From contig JAUCBJ010000045.1 in the NCBI GenBank assembly GCA_032718475.1, forward strand, positions 1 to 64,000: a DNA stretch of 64,000 nucleotides, given 5' to 3'. How positions within the stretch are numbered: position 1 is the first letter of the stretch; every line of letters starts with the position of its first letter. The notes beneath the pieces were generated by a model. That model was not told where the DNA came from and did not search any database. It saw nothing but the letters and a program-made list of their open reading frames with translations. The position numbers and the translations under genes were made by a program. This document shows, one piece after another, positions 1 to 13,007 of the stretch. The stretch is from Nemertoderma westbladi (lineage: Eukaryota; Animalia; Xenacoelomorpha).

Positions 1-49
1 TATAAATTTCGGCAGGTTAAACTGCTGAAGGTCTATAAAAGCGCGTACA
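1..49 (+). mobile_element. 3' terminus of an LTR of the same family as elements A/B (rest lies outside the window)
   Basis: Reverse complement TGTACGCGCTTTTATAGACCTTCAGCAGTTTAACCTGCCGAAATTTATA matches the LTR ends at 32510 and 43340; ends in ACA. Confidence 0.8.
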
Positions 50-585
50 AGACTTATAAGAAGACTGAATGCTACCGGTAGTATGATTGCGATACACGGT
101 AAATATAAATATATGATATAATAATGAAATAGCAGAATAATGGAAAAGCATACGCTATAATCAGTATGAATAAGAATGAATGAATGCTGATTATACTATT
201 ATACTGACTAAAACTAATTGTAAGTTGCCAATTACTATAAGTCACTGTGAGAAAGATAAAACACGATGCGACCACCTAGACTCTAGACTGAAGATCGCAT
301 AACAAAATAGTTCAACTAACTAGCTAGGTCAACTGGCAATACATAATGAGTGAAGTCTGAATTGTGCTACCGGTAAAATGCTAAAGTGCTGAATTGAACA
401 ATTACTAATCAAATACTGAATATACAGCTCTGAATCAGGCATTTATATGACGGGACGGCGTTCTACATATTCTACCGGCTTATCCAATCAGAACTTAGTA
501 TGCTCGCTACCTATACTATATGACACAGCACATTTCCTATGATATTAGATAATAGAGGCGAACAAGCATAAGCTCAAAGGATGGT

Positions 586-1219
586 ATGCTTGAGCATGTG
601 GACGACTTCTGTTACCTGGGATCATGGATCCGGAAGTCAGGTGAGGACCTTCAAATACGTAAGGGAAAGGCATGGTCAGCCTTGAATAGGCTTTCCAGGA
701 TTTGGAAGTCACCGAGAATTAATCGGAAACTTAAGGTCCGATTATTTAGAGCAGCAGTAGTTCCAGTACTCCTCTATGGGAGTCCATGCTGGGCTCTAAC
801 TGCTGAGGACACCAAATCTCTGGATGGCACATTCACAAGAATGCTACGCCGGGTTCATTGTGTCAAGTACAATGCACACATCTCCAACCAGACACTATAT
901 AACATTGGAGGTGTCTCATTGGTTCCCCCAAGCTTGACACTAGAACAAAATCGCCTCCGCTTTGCAGGACATTGCTTTTGCCGTGAGGACCAGCCAGTGC
1001 ATAATCTTGTACTTTGGCAGCCTCATGGAGTGAATAAGCATGGTGGACAGCCCATGACTTTCTTGAGACGCATCTTAAAGGACACTGGTCTTGAAGATGC
1101 GGATGATCTAGCAAATTTCATGGGTGATAGGGAGTTGTGGCGGCGCAATTTTGTCGACAAGCCGGCACAACATTCTTAAAAATGCAGCTGCAATGCAGCA
1201 TGCCGATACTAGTAATAGT
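586..1219 (+). mobile_element. 5'-truncated non-LTR retrotransposon (RTE-like LINE): RT C-terminus plus 3' tail
   Basis: ORF 586-1179 has VDDFCYLGS, LFRAAVVPVLLYG..W, RLRFAGH and DRELWR, typical of RTE-clade ORF C-termini; short AGT-like tail after the stop. Confidence 0.85.
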
Positions 1220-2333
1220 TAGGCCTACTATATACAAATCTCCAGCGTATGTCAGTATGTTTATCAGTTTGTCTGTGTACTAAAGGTATCTCAGTATCTG
1301 TGGTCGTCTGTTCGCTTATCATGCGGGGTAAGCGGTAAGAATACACTGAGGGGGGTTAAATTTCACTAAAAAATATAAAATCACCCAGAGTACTTTTCAC
1401 CCCCGGTTAAAATACCCTACCGGTAGTGGCGGTAGCGAAGTTTAACAGGCTGTCAGGGGGTGAATTTTTAGGGAGGTGGAAATTCTCTGCTACACCGGCA
1501 GACCGGGACGGACAAAACTTAGCAACTAAAATGGTTGAGCCCATATTCAGTTTTCATTATACAGTTAGGCCTATAGGCCTCGCGCAGAGACAAATTTCTT
1601 GTACAAGTCAGCCAGTGCCAGTGTACCTTCTAGCAACCACAAAATGGAATAGGCCTAATACAGTAATAGCTGAATATTAGGCCTTACCAGCTTACCTTAG
1701 TACCAGAGTACGCCTTACCTTAGTACGCCTAAATTCTGACATTGCAGCATTGTACAATTGTCTGATAGTACGGGCAACGGTTACGGCAAAATTCCAACTA
1801 GCCGCCGGCTGCAGCAGTGCTGCAATGTACCAGTACGACATTCAGGACTTTACCGTACGGTTGTAACAAACCTGCATAAATCGTCGAGAACATCCTCTGG
1901 GATTACCGTGTTCGGTTTCGTCATAATTTTGTTTGAAGCTTCTTACTGTCTTAATTTTGTTTCTCGCTTGAAGGCAGGTGGGTGCTTACTCTGTCTGACT
2001 GTTCAGCTGTTGTACTGCTTCTGTGCTTGATGGCGCAACGGCGTATTCCAGTAATCAGGTAATCAGCTGACTGGCTGATGCTGTAATCAAGGCCTACTAA
2101 ACTGCTAAAAGACAGGCCTGGCAGCCGACTGCCTGACTCCTGACTCAAAATCTTATGGGCCGACTTTTTTACTGCTGCTGCTACAGTATAACAGTAGAAT
2201 GCAGATTACATGATTACTAACTGATAATGCGTAATGCAGTACTGCCGACTGCAGTAGGGCCTAATGGATATTCCAGTACTGGTGTTCTTTCTCTCACTAT
2301 TATATTTTGCTAGTTGATGGTTAATATCTGAAT

Positions 2334-2749
2334 ATGGGAAGAAAATGGTCTGGTGGATATTGCCGATCTGGATATCTTACTCAGAAGGCCGAAAGTTCAA
2401 CTTCCGAAGGCGAGCGAATAACTATCAGACTATCTACAGTTTCCCGAAGGATGAACTGCAGTTATGGCTTACCCGTTTGCCGAATGCAATACAGTAATAC
2501 TGTAATAAATCCGGCAAATATTACATGCAACATGGGTGATGCTGATGGGTGTATGGCAGAAGCATTACATTTTCCGGATGGCTGGATGGTGTGCGGATGA
2601 AACAGAGTGGTAATTGTTTTAAAGTTCCCGCTGAACCCCCTTCTTTGTTTCCAGGCGCACCTCCTGTCTATGTTCCAATTCCAACTCCACCACCGAAACC
2701 GCGAAGAACTTCACGATCGAAACACGCAATCCCGCGATTGATCAACTAG
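2334..2749 (+). pseudogene. Frameshifted THAP zinc-finger domain remnant
   Basis: Joining frames gives MGRKWSGGYCRSGY ... IYSFPKDELQLWLTRLPN ... ITCNMG ... LHFP ... PPSLFP, the order of THAP motifs (C-x-C, FP, W, C..HF, PSLF). The first Cys is mutated. Confidence 0.6.
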
Positions 2750-3214
2750 AAGATTTTATTAGTTCGGATATAATAAAATCAATTGACCTTAAAAGAACTC
2801 AACTTCCAGGCGTACTTGTTGTCATCTCTGACAGTCTGAGTCGCGACATCTGGGTTACCGGTTTAGGATAAAGAAAAGATAGACATCTTGAGTACCGAAC
2901 TCGAAACCCGAGTAGCTGCTTTGAGGGCAACGACAATTTCGAATGTATCTATGAGAAAAACCGCGCTCCTTTCCAAACGACAACGACCAGCGATAATAGA
3001 TTATAAAAACCATAGCTCCTCTAGAAACTATAACTGCTAGTAACAGTAACTATAACTGCTAGTAACAGTGTAAGCTACAGTATTAACTGTTTTAACTGTT
3101 CTAAATTATCAAGTTGTAAATTATTTATAAAAAGTTAATTATAACAACTTATACAAAATAGAAACAAATACACTTCTATCTTTTACTTTAGTCTGGTTGC
3201 TCGGTCTGCCTCTT

Positions 3215-3940
3215 AACACATTTTAAGCCTCGCTGCCCTCGTCCTGTTCATATAATCATCAATATATCTGTATATGTAGCCTACAGCATTCCACTAATAG
3301 TTCTGATGAAAATAATATATCATTCAAGTACTAGACCGGATTGTTTCGGGGAGTTAAACATTACTCGTATCCATTTTAAACCTCGCTGCGCTCGTCCTGT
3401 TCATATAATCATTAATATATGTAGGATGTAGCCCATAACATTCCACTAATAGTTCTGATGAAAATGATATATCACTCAAGTACTGAAGTACTAGACCGGA
3501 TTTTTTCGGAGAGTTAACATAATACTGGTTGAGGGCGGGGTAGCTCAGTTTGGTTGAGCGCCGGACCTGCAATCTATTGGTTGTAGGTTCAGCCCCGCCA
3601 GGGTCCACTCAGCCTTTCATCCACTGAGGTCGATAAAATGAGAGTACCAGTTAAATAACTGGGAGCAAATCTTGGGATAGGAGTAGCGCCCACCCCTACC
3701 CTCGGGTAGCAGCTATCGAAAGAGGAGCCTTCGGGTCGCCTCCAGCTTCGGCCGACTGTTTGCTTTTTTGCTTTGAACATATTACTCGTATCAATTTTAA
3801 GCCTCGCTGCGCTCGTCCTGTTCATATAATCATCAATATATGTACAGATGTAACCTACAAGATTCCACTAATAGTTCTGATGAAAATAATATATCACTCA
3901 AGTACTAGACGGGATCGTTTACGAGGAGATAAACACATTA
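3215..3940. repeat. About 145-bp tandem repeat (3 units), split by a SINE
   Basis: TTTTAAGCCTCGCTGC..GTCCTGTTCATATAATCATC..TTCCACTAATAGTTCTGATGAAAAT recurs at about 3220, 3373 and 3795. Confidence 0.85.
3531..3775 (+). mobile_element. tRNA-derived SINE with Nin/Deu-like central domain
   Basis: tRNA-like head with A box (GTAGCTCAGTTTGGT) and degenerate B box (GGTTCAGCCC); core CTCAGCCTTTCATCC..GAGGTCGATAAAATGAG; T-rich tail; imperfect direct repeat AACATA(A/T)TACT(G/C)GT on both sides. Confidence 0.8.
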
Positions 3941-4772
3941 CAGGTATACTTAAAAGTCGGCCCATAAGAATTTGAGTCACGCAGTCGGCTGCCAGGCCTG
4001 TCTTTTAATAGTGATGCCTGTCCTGTAATGCAGTAATGTGTTAAGTCTGGTTGTCTAGCTAGCAGTCTCCTGTCATATCTCTATTCTATGAATTTTTAGG
4101 GGGGTGGAAATTCTCTGCTACACCGGTAAGTGCAGATCGGTAAGTGCAGATTACAGGAGTAGGAGCAAATTTGTTCACCAGCGCTTAGATGTTGAAGTTA
4201 AAAGGGTTTGACTTTTCCGCGTATGTGTAGCCTACGCGTAGCCGATAGAATGCAGTTTCGAGTAGGTAATAAATGAATCGAACTAGAGCCTTTATAAAGA
4301 GAGGTAAATTCAAATATGCTCAATCTAACATAACAATATAAACGCAATAATTTTTATTGTCCGTATAAATCCTTTTTTTGTCCTTTTTTTTGACTTTTTA
4401 TGTCCTCCAGAAATCTACCGTTAGGTTCCATGCTACCGGTTTGTCTACTGCTGTTCTCTCAGGCTAGTACCGGTATTAGTTTTTTTTTTACTTTTTATGT
4501 CCTCAAGAAATTTACCGTTAGGTTCCATGCTACCGGTTTCTCTACTGTTGTTCTCTCAGGCTATCAGTACCGGTATTTAGTATATAGAGCACTATTTTGC
4601 AGTATTGCATGTGCAGAATCTGTACATGCAATACCTGCTTTATACCTTCATCTGATGTACAGTAGGTATAAAGCAGGTATTTTAGGTATTTTAGTACCGG
4701 CACCGGTACTGCTGTATGCCTACTGTGTAGCCAACCATTTAAATACGGTACTGGTAGGCCTACCGGCTGACC

Positions 4773-5430
4773 GGTTGTTTTGGTTAGAAAATCCCGCCTC
4801 TGTAACCTGCTCCTTTCCCTGATTTGGTAAAGTGACCGTTTATTGTTTTGGTTAAAAAGGCCCGCCTCTGTAACCTGCTCCTTTCCTTCATTTTGTAAAG
4901 TGACTGTTTATTGTTTTGGTTAGAAAATCCAGCCTCTGTAACCTGCCCCTTTCCCTCTATTAGTTAAGTGATCGTTTATTGTTTTGGTTCGGAAATCCCG
5001 CCTCTGTAACCTGCTCCTTTCTCTCAATTGGTAATGTTATCGTTTATTGTTTTGGTTAGAAAATCCCCTCTCTGTAACCTGCTCCTTTCCCTGATTTTGT
5101 AAAGTGCCTGTTTATTGTTTTGGTTAGAAAATCCCGCCTCTGTAACCTGCTCCTTTCTCTCAATTGGTAAAGTATGTTATCGTTTATTGTTTTGGTTAAA
5201 AAATCCCGTTTCTGTAACCTGTTCCTTTCCCTGATTTGGTAAAGTGACTGTTTATTGTTTTGGTTAGAAAATCCCGCCTCTGTAAGCCGCTCCTTTCCCT
5301 CAATTAGTTAAACGATCGTTTATTGTTTTGGTTAGAAAGGCCCGCCTCTGTAACCTGCTCCTTTCCTTCATTTGGTAAAGTGACTGTTTATTGTTTTGGT
5401 TAGAAAATTCGGCCTTAACCTGCTCCTTCC
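4773..5430. repeat. About 65-bp minisatellite, about 10 units
   Basis: Unit TTATTGTTTTGGTTAGAAAATCCCGCCTCTGTAACCTGCTCCTTTCCCTGATTTGGTAAAGTGACCGT. Confidence 0.95.
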
Positions 5431-5894
5431 CATCAATTTGTAATTGTTTTTGGCTATAAAATGAGTGTTTTGCTACGTCATGTGGTAATCGATTATCGAC
5501 AACAACCATAAACTATTAAATTGAGAGTCTTTTACCACAGGCGCATATATGGAAATCTATCTCATAGTCTATAAATCATGGAATCATGGAATGTTTTGGC
5601 ACAGGCATAGTGAAACCAACTGTCCGACAGACCGGAAATCAACAAATTTTGAATGTTTTGGCATAGGCATGTTTAAATCAACTGTCTGACAGTCCAGAAA
5701 TCAGCAGTCTGACAGTTTTAAGAAATACATACATAAAAAGTCATTAAAAGGACAACAAAGGTCATTAAAGGGACAACAAAAGTCATTATGCACAATTCGT
5801 AAAAAAACGAGGACAAAAAAGTCAAATAAAAAGACATAAAAAATCACTGCCCAATATAAATCGAATTATCTAACCTAACCTTGACCAAATAGAA

Positions 5895-6063
5895 TACAAA
5901 GCGGAGGCGGTTCCGTTCAAGTATCAAGCTAGGGTAGACTAATTGAACACCTCCGATGCTGTACAGTATAGAGTCTGATTGGAGATGTCTTCATTGTATT
6001 TGACACAATGAACCCGGCGCAGCATTCTTGTGAAAGTGCCATCCAGAGATTTGGTATCCTCTG
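5895..6063 (-). mobile_element. Second, more degraded fragment of the same RTE-like LINE
   Basis: Reverse complement aligns to about 800-965 (GGATGGCAC.TTCACAAGAATGCT.CGCCGGGTTCATTGTGTCAA.TACA). Confidence 0.85.
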
Positions 6064-6479
6064 CTTATCCTTTCTAATAATTTCTAAGGGACCTTAGAGA
6101 TCGATCTTTTGCAAACTCGTTCAAACGACATTACAAAACTCGGGGAAACAAATCTAATTGGCTGGAGTGGAGTGGTTTCTATATCAACTGACATCCAATC
6201 AAGTTTGTTATCCATCATTTAGAGCAGAATTTAGACTGAAGCTGCAGTCTCTTTGATAAACTTGTTTTATCGAATCGGTAGCCAATATTACACACACTGT
6301 TGCTACTCCCTTAATTATATCTCTATTGGTTTGGTATTATTCGTTCACACTAAAAGATATATAAAAGGAAATAGAAATAAAGACACCTGGTACCCTCCTG
6401 TCCTGTTCCCAAACCATGACAATCCACAGATGCCATTGGGTACAGTATAACTGATAACAATTGTACTTCTGTGCCAACT

Positions 6480-6895
6480 TGGTGGTACTGTACAGTAGAG
6501 TGGTTGCTCGCTTTGTTACTTGCTAGGAGGTCGCGGGTTCGAATCCATGCCGAGCCAGTTACAATTTCGTAACTCATGCGCCAACACAGCGATGTGGGTA
6601 CCTAGCTAATGTTGGGGGGGGAGTGAAGAAAAAGGGTTGGATGTTTACGGTATGGGAGTTATTTTGGCGCCCTCCCTGCCTTATAGGTTACAGCCAAGAC
6701 AGAGAGGAGTCCTTGGGTTGCGTTCGGTGTGGGGGAGTAACGAAAAAGGGTTGGATGTTTACGGTGTGTTCAAACTTGGGAGTTATTGTGGCGCCCTCCC
6801 TCCTGCCTTATAGGTTACAGCAAAGACAGATAGGAGTCTTTGGGTTGCGTTCGGTGTGGGGGAGTAAAGAAAAAGGGTTGGATGTTTACGGTGTA
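6480..6895 (+). repeat. Degenerate tRNA-SINE-like head followed by about 120-bp tandem units
   Basis: B box GGTTCGAATCC at about 6536; GGGGAGT..AAAAAGGGTTGGATGTTTACGGT three times (about 6615, 6730, 6858). Confidence 0.55.
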
Positions 6896-7631
6896 ATATA
6901 TAGCCTGTTTCTAGCCAGTGTTTCAAGCCGTTGTCATGGTAACTGCAAACAAGTGCATATTGTTCCTTAGACTTGATATATTGGTGGTAGACTATGATCC
7001 GATGACGCTACGACCACTGCAAATGTATTACACCCGTTTAAAGCCCGTTGCTAAGGACATTTGTAAATACTGCTATCTGCTAACTTTGAAGGTCGTTTTC
7101 ACTTGGTTGCTATGCTATTTTCAAAAAACTAAATATGCCATTAAATTCTACATATCCAAAATAGTAAACTTTCATAAATTTTAACTCGTCATATCTATTA
7201 TAGGAGCTGTTGCTATGGCAATTTTCTCCGTTGCTATTTTAAGACCCCCTAAAAAACTGAAAAAAAAAATAAAATAAAAAAACTGGTAACAGTAACGCCA
7301 AATCATACTGCCAGTTGCCTATATCATTACCATTAGGCCTACCGGTAGAGGAGTTAATTTACTCTGAAGAATTCATTTTATACCGGTCAGCCGGTAGTGT
7401 TTACAGGCTGACAGGTACCGGTACATGCACCGAAATGGGTACAGGCTGACAAGCTGACAGAGTAGGGGATCAGGACTCATTCAACTGTGAACTGATAACA
7501 AGCTTCTAATAATTATCCTTGCTGCTTGCTTAGTGCATAGTCTACCATAAGTCTGTACAGCTGTAAGGGCAGAAGGGTACCTACGGCAACTGTCCATTCC
7601 AGCATTCAGCGAGACCAAAGTCCAGCCTAGC

Positions 7632-8819
7632 ATGGATACAGATTCAAATTTGGGCGCAGATCTGACTGCTGAAGAGCAGGAATTACTGGCCGACATCCGT
7701 AAACGGAAAATCGAACTTCTTAAAGAAATCCAAGAAATTAAGAATGAAATCCAATCAGTAACGCTGCAGTTAGACCACTTAGAGCCGGTACCGGTAGACG
7801 CGAAAGCTACAACGCGATCCAAATCGATAGCAGTTGGTCGTCGGCGGTTTAATGTCGACTGCAATAAAGGAATCGAATACATGATAGCCAATAATCTTAT
7901 CGAGGACACCCCAGAAAGCAAGTCGGAATATTTGTTTAACGCAGACGGATTGAATAAAACCATGATAGGGGAATATCTAGGTGAGTTAGGGAACGTTCCT
8001 GTCCTGCATAAATTCGTCGAGCGTCATAACTTTACGGATCTGCTGTTAGTCGACGCTTTGCGTCAGTTTCTATGGACTTTCCGACTTCCGGGAGAAGCGC
8101 AGAAGATCGACCGTATGATGGAAACGTTCGCGCTCCGTTACTGTGAGTGCAACCCAGGTATGTTCAGCAACACGGATACTTGTTTCGTTCTTTCCTTCGC
8201 TATTATTATGCTGAATACGAGTTTACACAACCCGAATGTGAAGGATAAACCCTCGGTGGAGCGGTTCATCCTTATGAACCGCGGTATTAACGACGGCTCC
8301 GATCTCCCCGAGGAGTTACTCCGCAATCTCTACGCGAACATTCGCGCTGAGCCCTTCGCAATCCCAGATGACGATGGATCCGATCTTACTCACACATTCT
8401 TTAATCCCGATAAAGAGGGGTATCTATGGAAACAAGGAGGTCGTTACAAGTCGTGGAGACGCCGTTGGTTTATTTTAACTGAAAATTGTTTGTATTATTT
8501 TGAGAACATTCAGGATAAAGAGCCTAAAGGTATCATACCGTTAGAGAATGTTAGCATAAAGGAGGTAGAAGACTCCAAGAAACCCAACTGTTTCGAGATC
8601 TACAGTGTTTCAGGACAGTCTGACGGATATATAAAGGCATGTAAGGCTGACTCGGATGGGAAGATGGTAGAAGGGAAACACACAGCCTACCGAATGAGTG
8701 CCCAGTACAGTTCGGAAAAGGAGGAATGGATGAAAAGTATACGAGCCAGTATCAGCAGAGATCCCTTCTATGAGATACTGAGTAATAGGAAGAAGAACGC
8801 TACACAGCAGAAAATATAG
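7632..8819 (+). CDS. CYTH: Cytohesin/ARNO/Steppke-family ARF guanine-nucleotide exchange factor, 395 aa, single coding exon
   Basis: N-terminal coiled coil ([21 protein letters not shown]), Sec7 domain with catalytic [15 protein letters not shown] and [15 protein letters not shown] domain ([22 protein letters not shown]), basic C-terminus RKK. Full length with no disablements. Confidence 0.98.
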   Translation: MDTDSNLGADLTAEEQELLADIRKRKIELLKEIQEIKNEIQSVTLQLDHLEPVPVDAKATTRSKSIAVGRRRFNVDCNKGIEYMIANNLIEDTPESKSEYLFNADGLNKTMIGEYLGELGNVPVLHKFVERHNFTDLLLVDALRQFLWTFRLPGEAQKIDRMMETFALRYCECNPGMFSNTDTCFVLSFAIIMLNTSLHNPNVKDKPSVERFILMNRGINDGSDLPEELLRNLYANIRAEPFAIPDDDGSDLTHTFFNPDKEGYLWKQGGRYKSWRRRWFILTENCLYYFENIQDKEPKGIIPLENVSIKEVEDSKKPNCFEIYSVSGQSDGYIKACKADSDGKMVEGKHTAYRMSAQYSSEKEEWMKSIRASISRDPFYEILSNRKKNATQQKI

Positions 8820-11392
8820 GGGGGAAGGATATATAGCAAAAAATATATGGGGAATGCTACGCAGTACCAGTAGAATATATAGAGGGGAAATGCTAAATAG
8901 CAGAAAATATAGGCTAAATGCTAAATAGCAGAAAATATAGGGGAAATGCTACACAGCAGAAAATATAGGGAGTAAACGATAAATAACAGAAAATATAGGT
9001 CTAGGGGAAATGCTAAATAGCAGAAAATATAGGGAAATGCTAAATAGCAGAAAATATTGGGGGGAAACGATATATAGCTGAAAATATATGGGGAAATACT
9101 ACACTGCAGAAAATATAGGGGGAAATGCTACACAGCTGAAAATATAGGGGGAAATGCTATGCAGGAGAAAATATAGGGGTGGAGGCTATGCAGCATAAAA
9201 TATAGGGTGAAATGCTAGGGCTAGGAAATGCTAGGACATAGTAGAAAATATTGGGGGGAAACGATATATATACTACTGTATGACATATACATACTATGAA
9301 AATAGGGGGGAGGGGGGGGGGGGCTACATGGAAGAAAATATGGGGGGAAAGCTGCATGGCAGAAAATATAGGGGTGGGGGGGGGGGGAAACGATATACCG
9401 CTGAAAATATAGGAGGAAAGGCTACACTGTAGAAATTATAGAAATGCTATGCAGCAGAAAATATAGAGAGGGTAATGAATGCTATATAGCAGAAAATATA
9501 GGGGGGAAACACTATAGCAGAAAATATATGGGGAGTGCTACACAAAAGAAAATATAGGGTGAAAAGCTACACAGCAGAAAATATAGGAGGAAATGGTACA
9601 CAGCAGAAAATAAAGGGAAATGCTACACAGCAGAAAATATAGAAGGAACAAATGGTACACAGGTAAATGGTATCCAACATAAAATATAGGGGGGAAACTA
9701 GGCCTATATCAGAAAATATGGGGAAACTCTACATAGTGAAAAATATTGGGGGAAACGCTACACATCAGAAAATATAGGGGGAAACGCTACACATCAGAAA
9801 ATATAGGGGGAAAACTCTACACAGTGGAAAATCTAGGGGGAAACGCTACACATCAGAAAATATAGGGGGGAAACTAGGCCTATATCAGAAAATATAGGGG
9901 GAACTCTACACAGTGTAAAATATAGGGGGAAACGCTACACATCAAAAAATATAGGGGGAAACGCTACACATCAGAAAATATAGGGGGAAACGCTACACAT
10001 CAGAAAATATAGGGGGGAAACTCTACACAGTGGAAAATATAGGGGGAAACACTAGACATCAAAAAATATAGGGGGAAACGCTATACATCAGAAAATGTAG
10101 GGGGGAAACTAGACCTATATCAGAAAATATGGGGAAACTCTACACAGTGGAAAATATAGGGGGAAATGCTACACATCAGAAAATATAGGGGGAAACGCTA
10201 CACATCAAAAAATATAGGGGGAGACACTATACATCAGAAAATTTAAGGGGGAAACTAGGCCTATATCAGAAAATATGGGGAAACTCTACACAGTGCAAAA
10301 TATAGGGGGAAATGCTACACATCAGAAAATATAGGGGGAAACGCTACACATCAAAAAATATAGGGGGAGACACTATACATCATAAAATATAGGTGGAAAA
10401 CTTGGCCTATATCATTATCAGAAACTTTGGGGAAACTCTACACATTGGAAAATATAGGGGGAAACGATGCACATCAGAAAATATAGAGAGAAATGCTACA
10501 CATCAGAAAATATAGGGGGAAACGCTACACATCAGAAAATATAGGGGGGAAACTAGGCCTATATCAGAAAATATGGGGAAACTCTACACAGTGGAAAATA
10601 TTGGGGGAAACGCTACACATCAGAAAATATAGGGGGAAACGCTACACATCAGAAAATATAGGGGGGAAACTAGGCCTATATCAGAAAATATGGGGAAACT
10701 CTACACAGTGGAAAATATAGGGGGAAACACTACACATCAAAAAATATTGGGGGAAACGCTACACATTTAAATTACATAATCACATACAAATTTACTTAGG
10801 AAATGCTATACAGCATAAAATATATGGGGAAACGCTATGCAGCATAAAATATAGGGGGAAACGCTATGCAGCATAAAATATAGGGGGAAAACTCCACATA
10901 GTGGAAAATATAGGGGGAAACGCAACATATCAATAAATTTAGTTAGGAAACGCTATACAACATAAAATATAGGGGGAAACGCTATGCAGCATAAAATATA
11001 TGGGGAAATGCTATGCACCATAAAATATAGGGGGAAACGCTATGCAGCATAAAATATAGGGGGAAATGCTATGCAGCATAAATATAGGGGGAAATGCTAT
11101 GCAGCATAAATATAGGGGGAAACGCTATGCAGCATAAAATATAGGGGGAAATGCTATGCAGCATAAAATATGGGGGGAAATGCTATGCAGCATAAAATAT
11201 ATTTTGAAACGCTATGCAGCATAAATATAGGGGGAAACGCTATGCAGCATAAATATAGGGGGAAATGCTATGCAGCATAAATATAGGGGGAAACGCTATG
11301 CACCATAAAATATGGGGGGAAATGCTATGCAGCATAAAATATAGGGAGGAAATACTAAACATCAGGAAATATAGAAAATCATCAGAAAATAT
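8796..11392. repeat. About 30-bp minisatellite, about 2.6 kb, with zones of variants and a higher-order repeat
   Basis: Unit GGGGGAAACGCTACACA(G/T)CAGAAAATATA. Zones: CAGCAG, then CATCAG with a recurring 4-unit block, then TATGCAGCATAAAAT. Confidence 0.97.
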
Positions 11393-13007
11393 AATATACT
11401 TAATTGTATTTCTAATAAATGGAGTGCACAAGAGATCGTATCATATTGTATTCAAATTGATTTTTGGTGCCATTTATTTTGTACTTATCGCATATTTGCG
11501 TTCTAGTTAACTATTATTTTATTTATTCCTGTTTCTTGTTTCGTATATAGATACGTAACGTTAGTTAATTTAATTATTTTTAATATAATTATACAATAAT
11601 GACCTTTTGGTCCACTTTTCATTCACCTAGTGGGATGATATTAATTATTAGATGATTTAATTATTAATTTATTAGCTGTAAAACAAACCGGCTTTTTTTT
11701 CCCGCTGACTCCGAGATGTAAATTCGCCGAGATAGCGAATAATTAAACATAAAATGGTCATAAAAAGGTAAAAAAAGCTATTTAAATAAAAATTAAAATA
11801 TACCGAACGCGTCTGTATGTGAAGAAAGGATTTATTATCATTATCGTTTGGGCATTTAAAATTAACGTACCTTGTTTTACTGATGAAAGGCACACTTGAC
11901 TATAAAATGTCTTATATTGGACTTTCGTCATAATGGATTAGATTTCACCACGTTAAACAATTTTTAATGTATATAATATTCACTGTTACTGTAGTGTTGT
12001 GTTGAAAAATCGAATTATTCTAGAACATTGTGTTGTGATTGCAGCGGTTTTCCGATGTTTTCCGCAAATTTGTTGAGATACAGTTATATAGTTTCCGAGA
12101 AAATCAATTGTTCAGTTTCTCAATGGAATTTTATAAAACATATATTGCGTTGTTTTTCGTATATAAATTATAGAAGTTTCATTTATATTGTATTAATATA
12201 TATTGTGCTTCAGCTGCACCACTTCACGTTAACACATTCAATGGTGAACTATTTATTGATCGAGGCATCTGTGCTTTGTGCAAACAATGTCAAATTTAAA
12301 TTTATAGTTATTATACCCCCCACCCTTTAATTAACTAAACCCAATAAAGGGTGTGTAAACTAATAACACCAAACATTAGTGAATTAGACAAAATAATTGT
12401 GATTTACCAGTTTAATACGGAAGGGGTAAGTGCAATTTACAAGTAACAATAGTTATTTTCCCCAACCAACACCCCTTCTGTCATTAGGCCGAACCGACAC
12501 ACCTTTTGGCTATGGGATAGTGTTAGCCAATGAGGTGAGCTTTTTTAAGGAACAGCCAATAAGAAGCCTAGAAATACTTCAATAGGCTGAAACGACACAC
12601 CAATTCAATCTTTGACATACCTCACTCCGCCTATATCAACGCGTTGGTTGGGGCTGCTCTCATCATAGGAACCCATGCAACCTATTATATAATCTTGATT
12701 GATGCGTCCGCGTTGGTAGGGGCTCACCCTTAATTCACAGGACGCTGATAAAACGACTTGTAACAAACTTTTTGGGAGTAGCTACAGTATCGATTTGAAG
12801 TATTTTATAACTATATTATACTTGTTTTTATTCAAACCCCCCAGGGGCGTACCGAGGCATTCGTGCGCCCGGGGGCTAGAGGGGATTTTTCGCCCCACCC
12901 CACGGAAAAAATTTTCAAACTGTTAAATTTTGCCTTGGTTTGAAGCTATAGGGGTTTTCAAGGCCGCTGATGACGATACAACTTTTGCTGCAAATGCTAA
13001 CTGTATG

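Larger units (their letters stand above)
2101..4012 (+). mobile_element. Degenerate TIR DNA transposon carrying a THAP-domain remnant
   Basis: About 60-bp inverted repeats at 2101-2169 and 3952-4012 (AAAAGACAGGCCTGGCAGCCGACTGC..TGACTCAAA.TCTTATGGGCCGACTTT). No clear TSD. Confidence 0.7.

Noticed and set aside
50-550. Possible minus-strand LTR fragment (TATA- and Inr-like motifs)
   Set aside because: Boundaries and TSD cannot be established from this window.
3533-3606. tRNA-Cys gene
   Set aside because: T arm and acceptor stem are degenerate and the sequence continues into a SINE core and tail.
12354-12764. Possible solo LTR (TGTAAAC...GTAACA with CCAAT boxes)
   Set aside because: No TSD and no second copy in the window.
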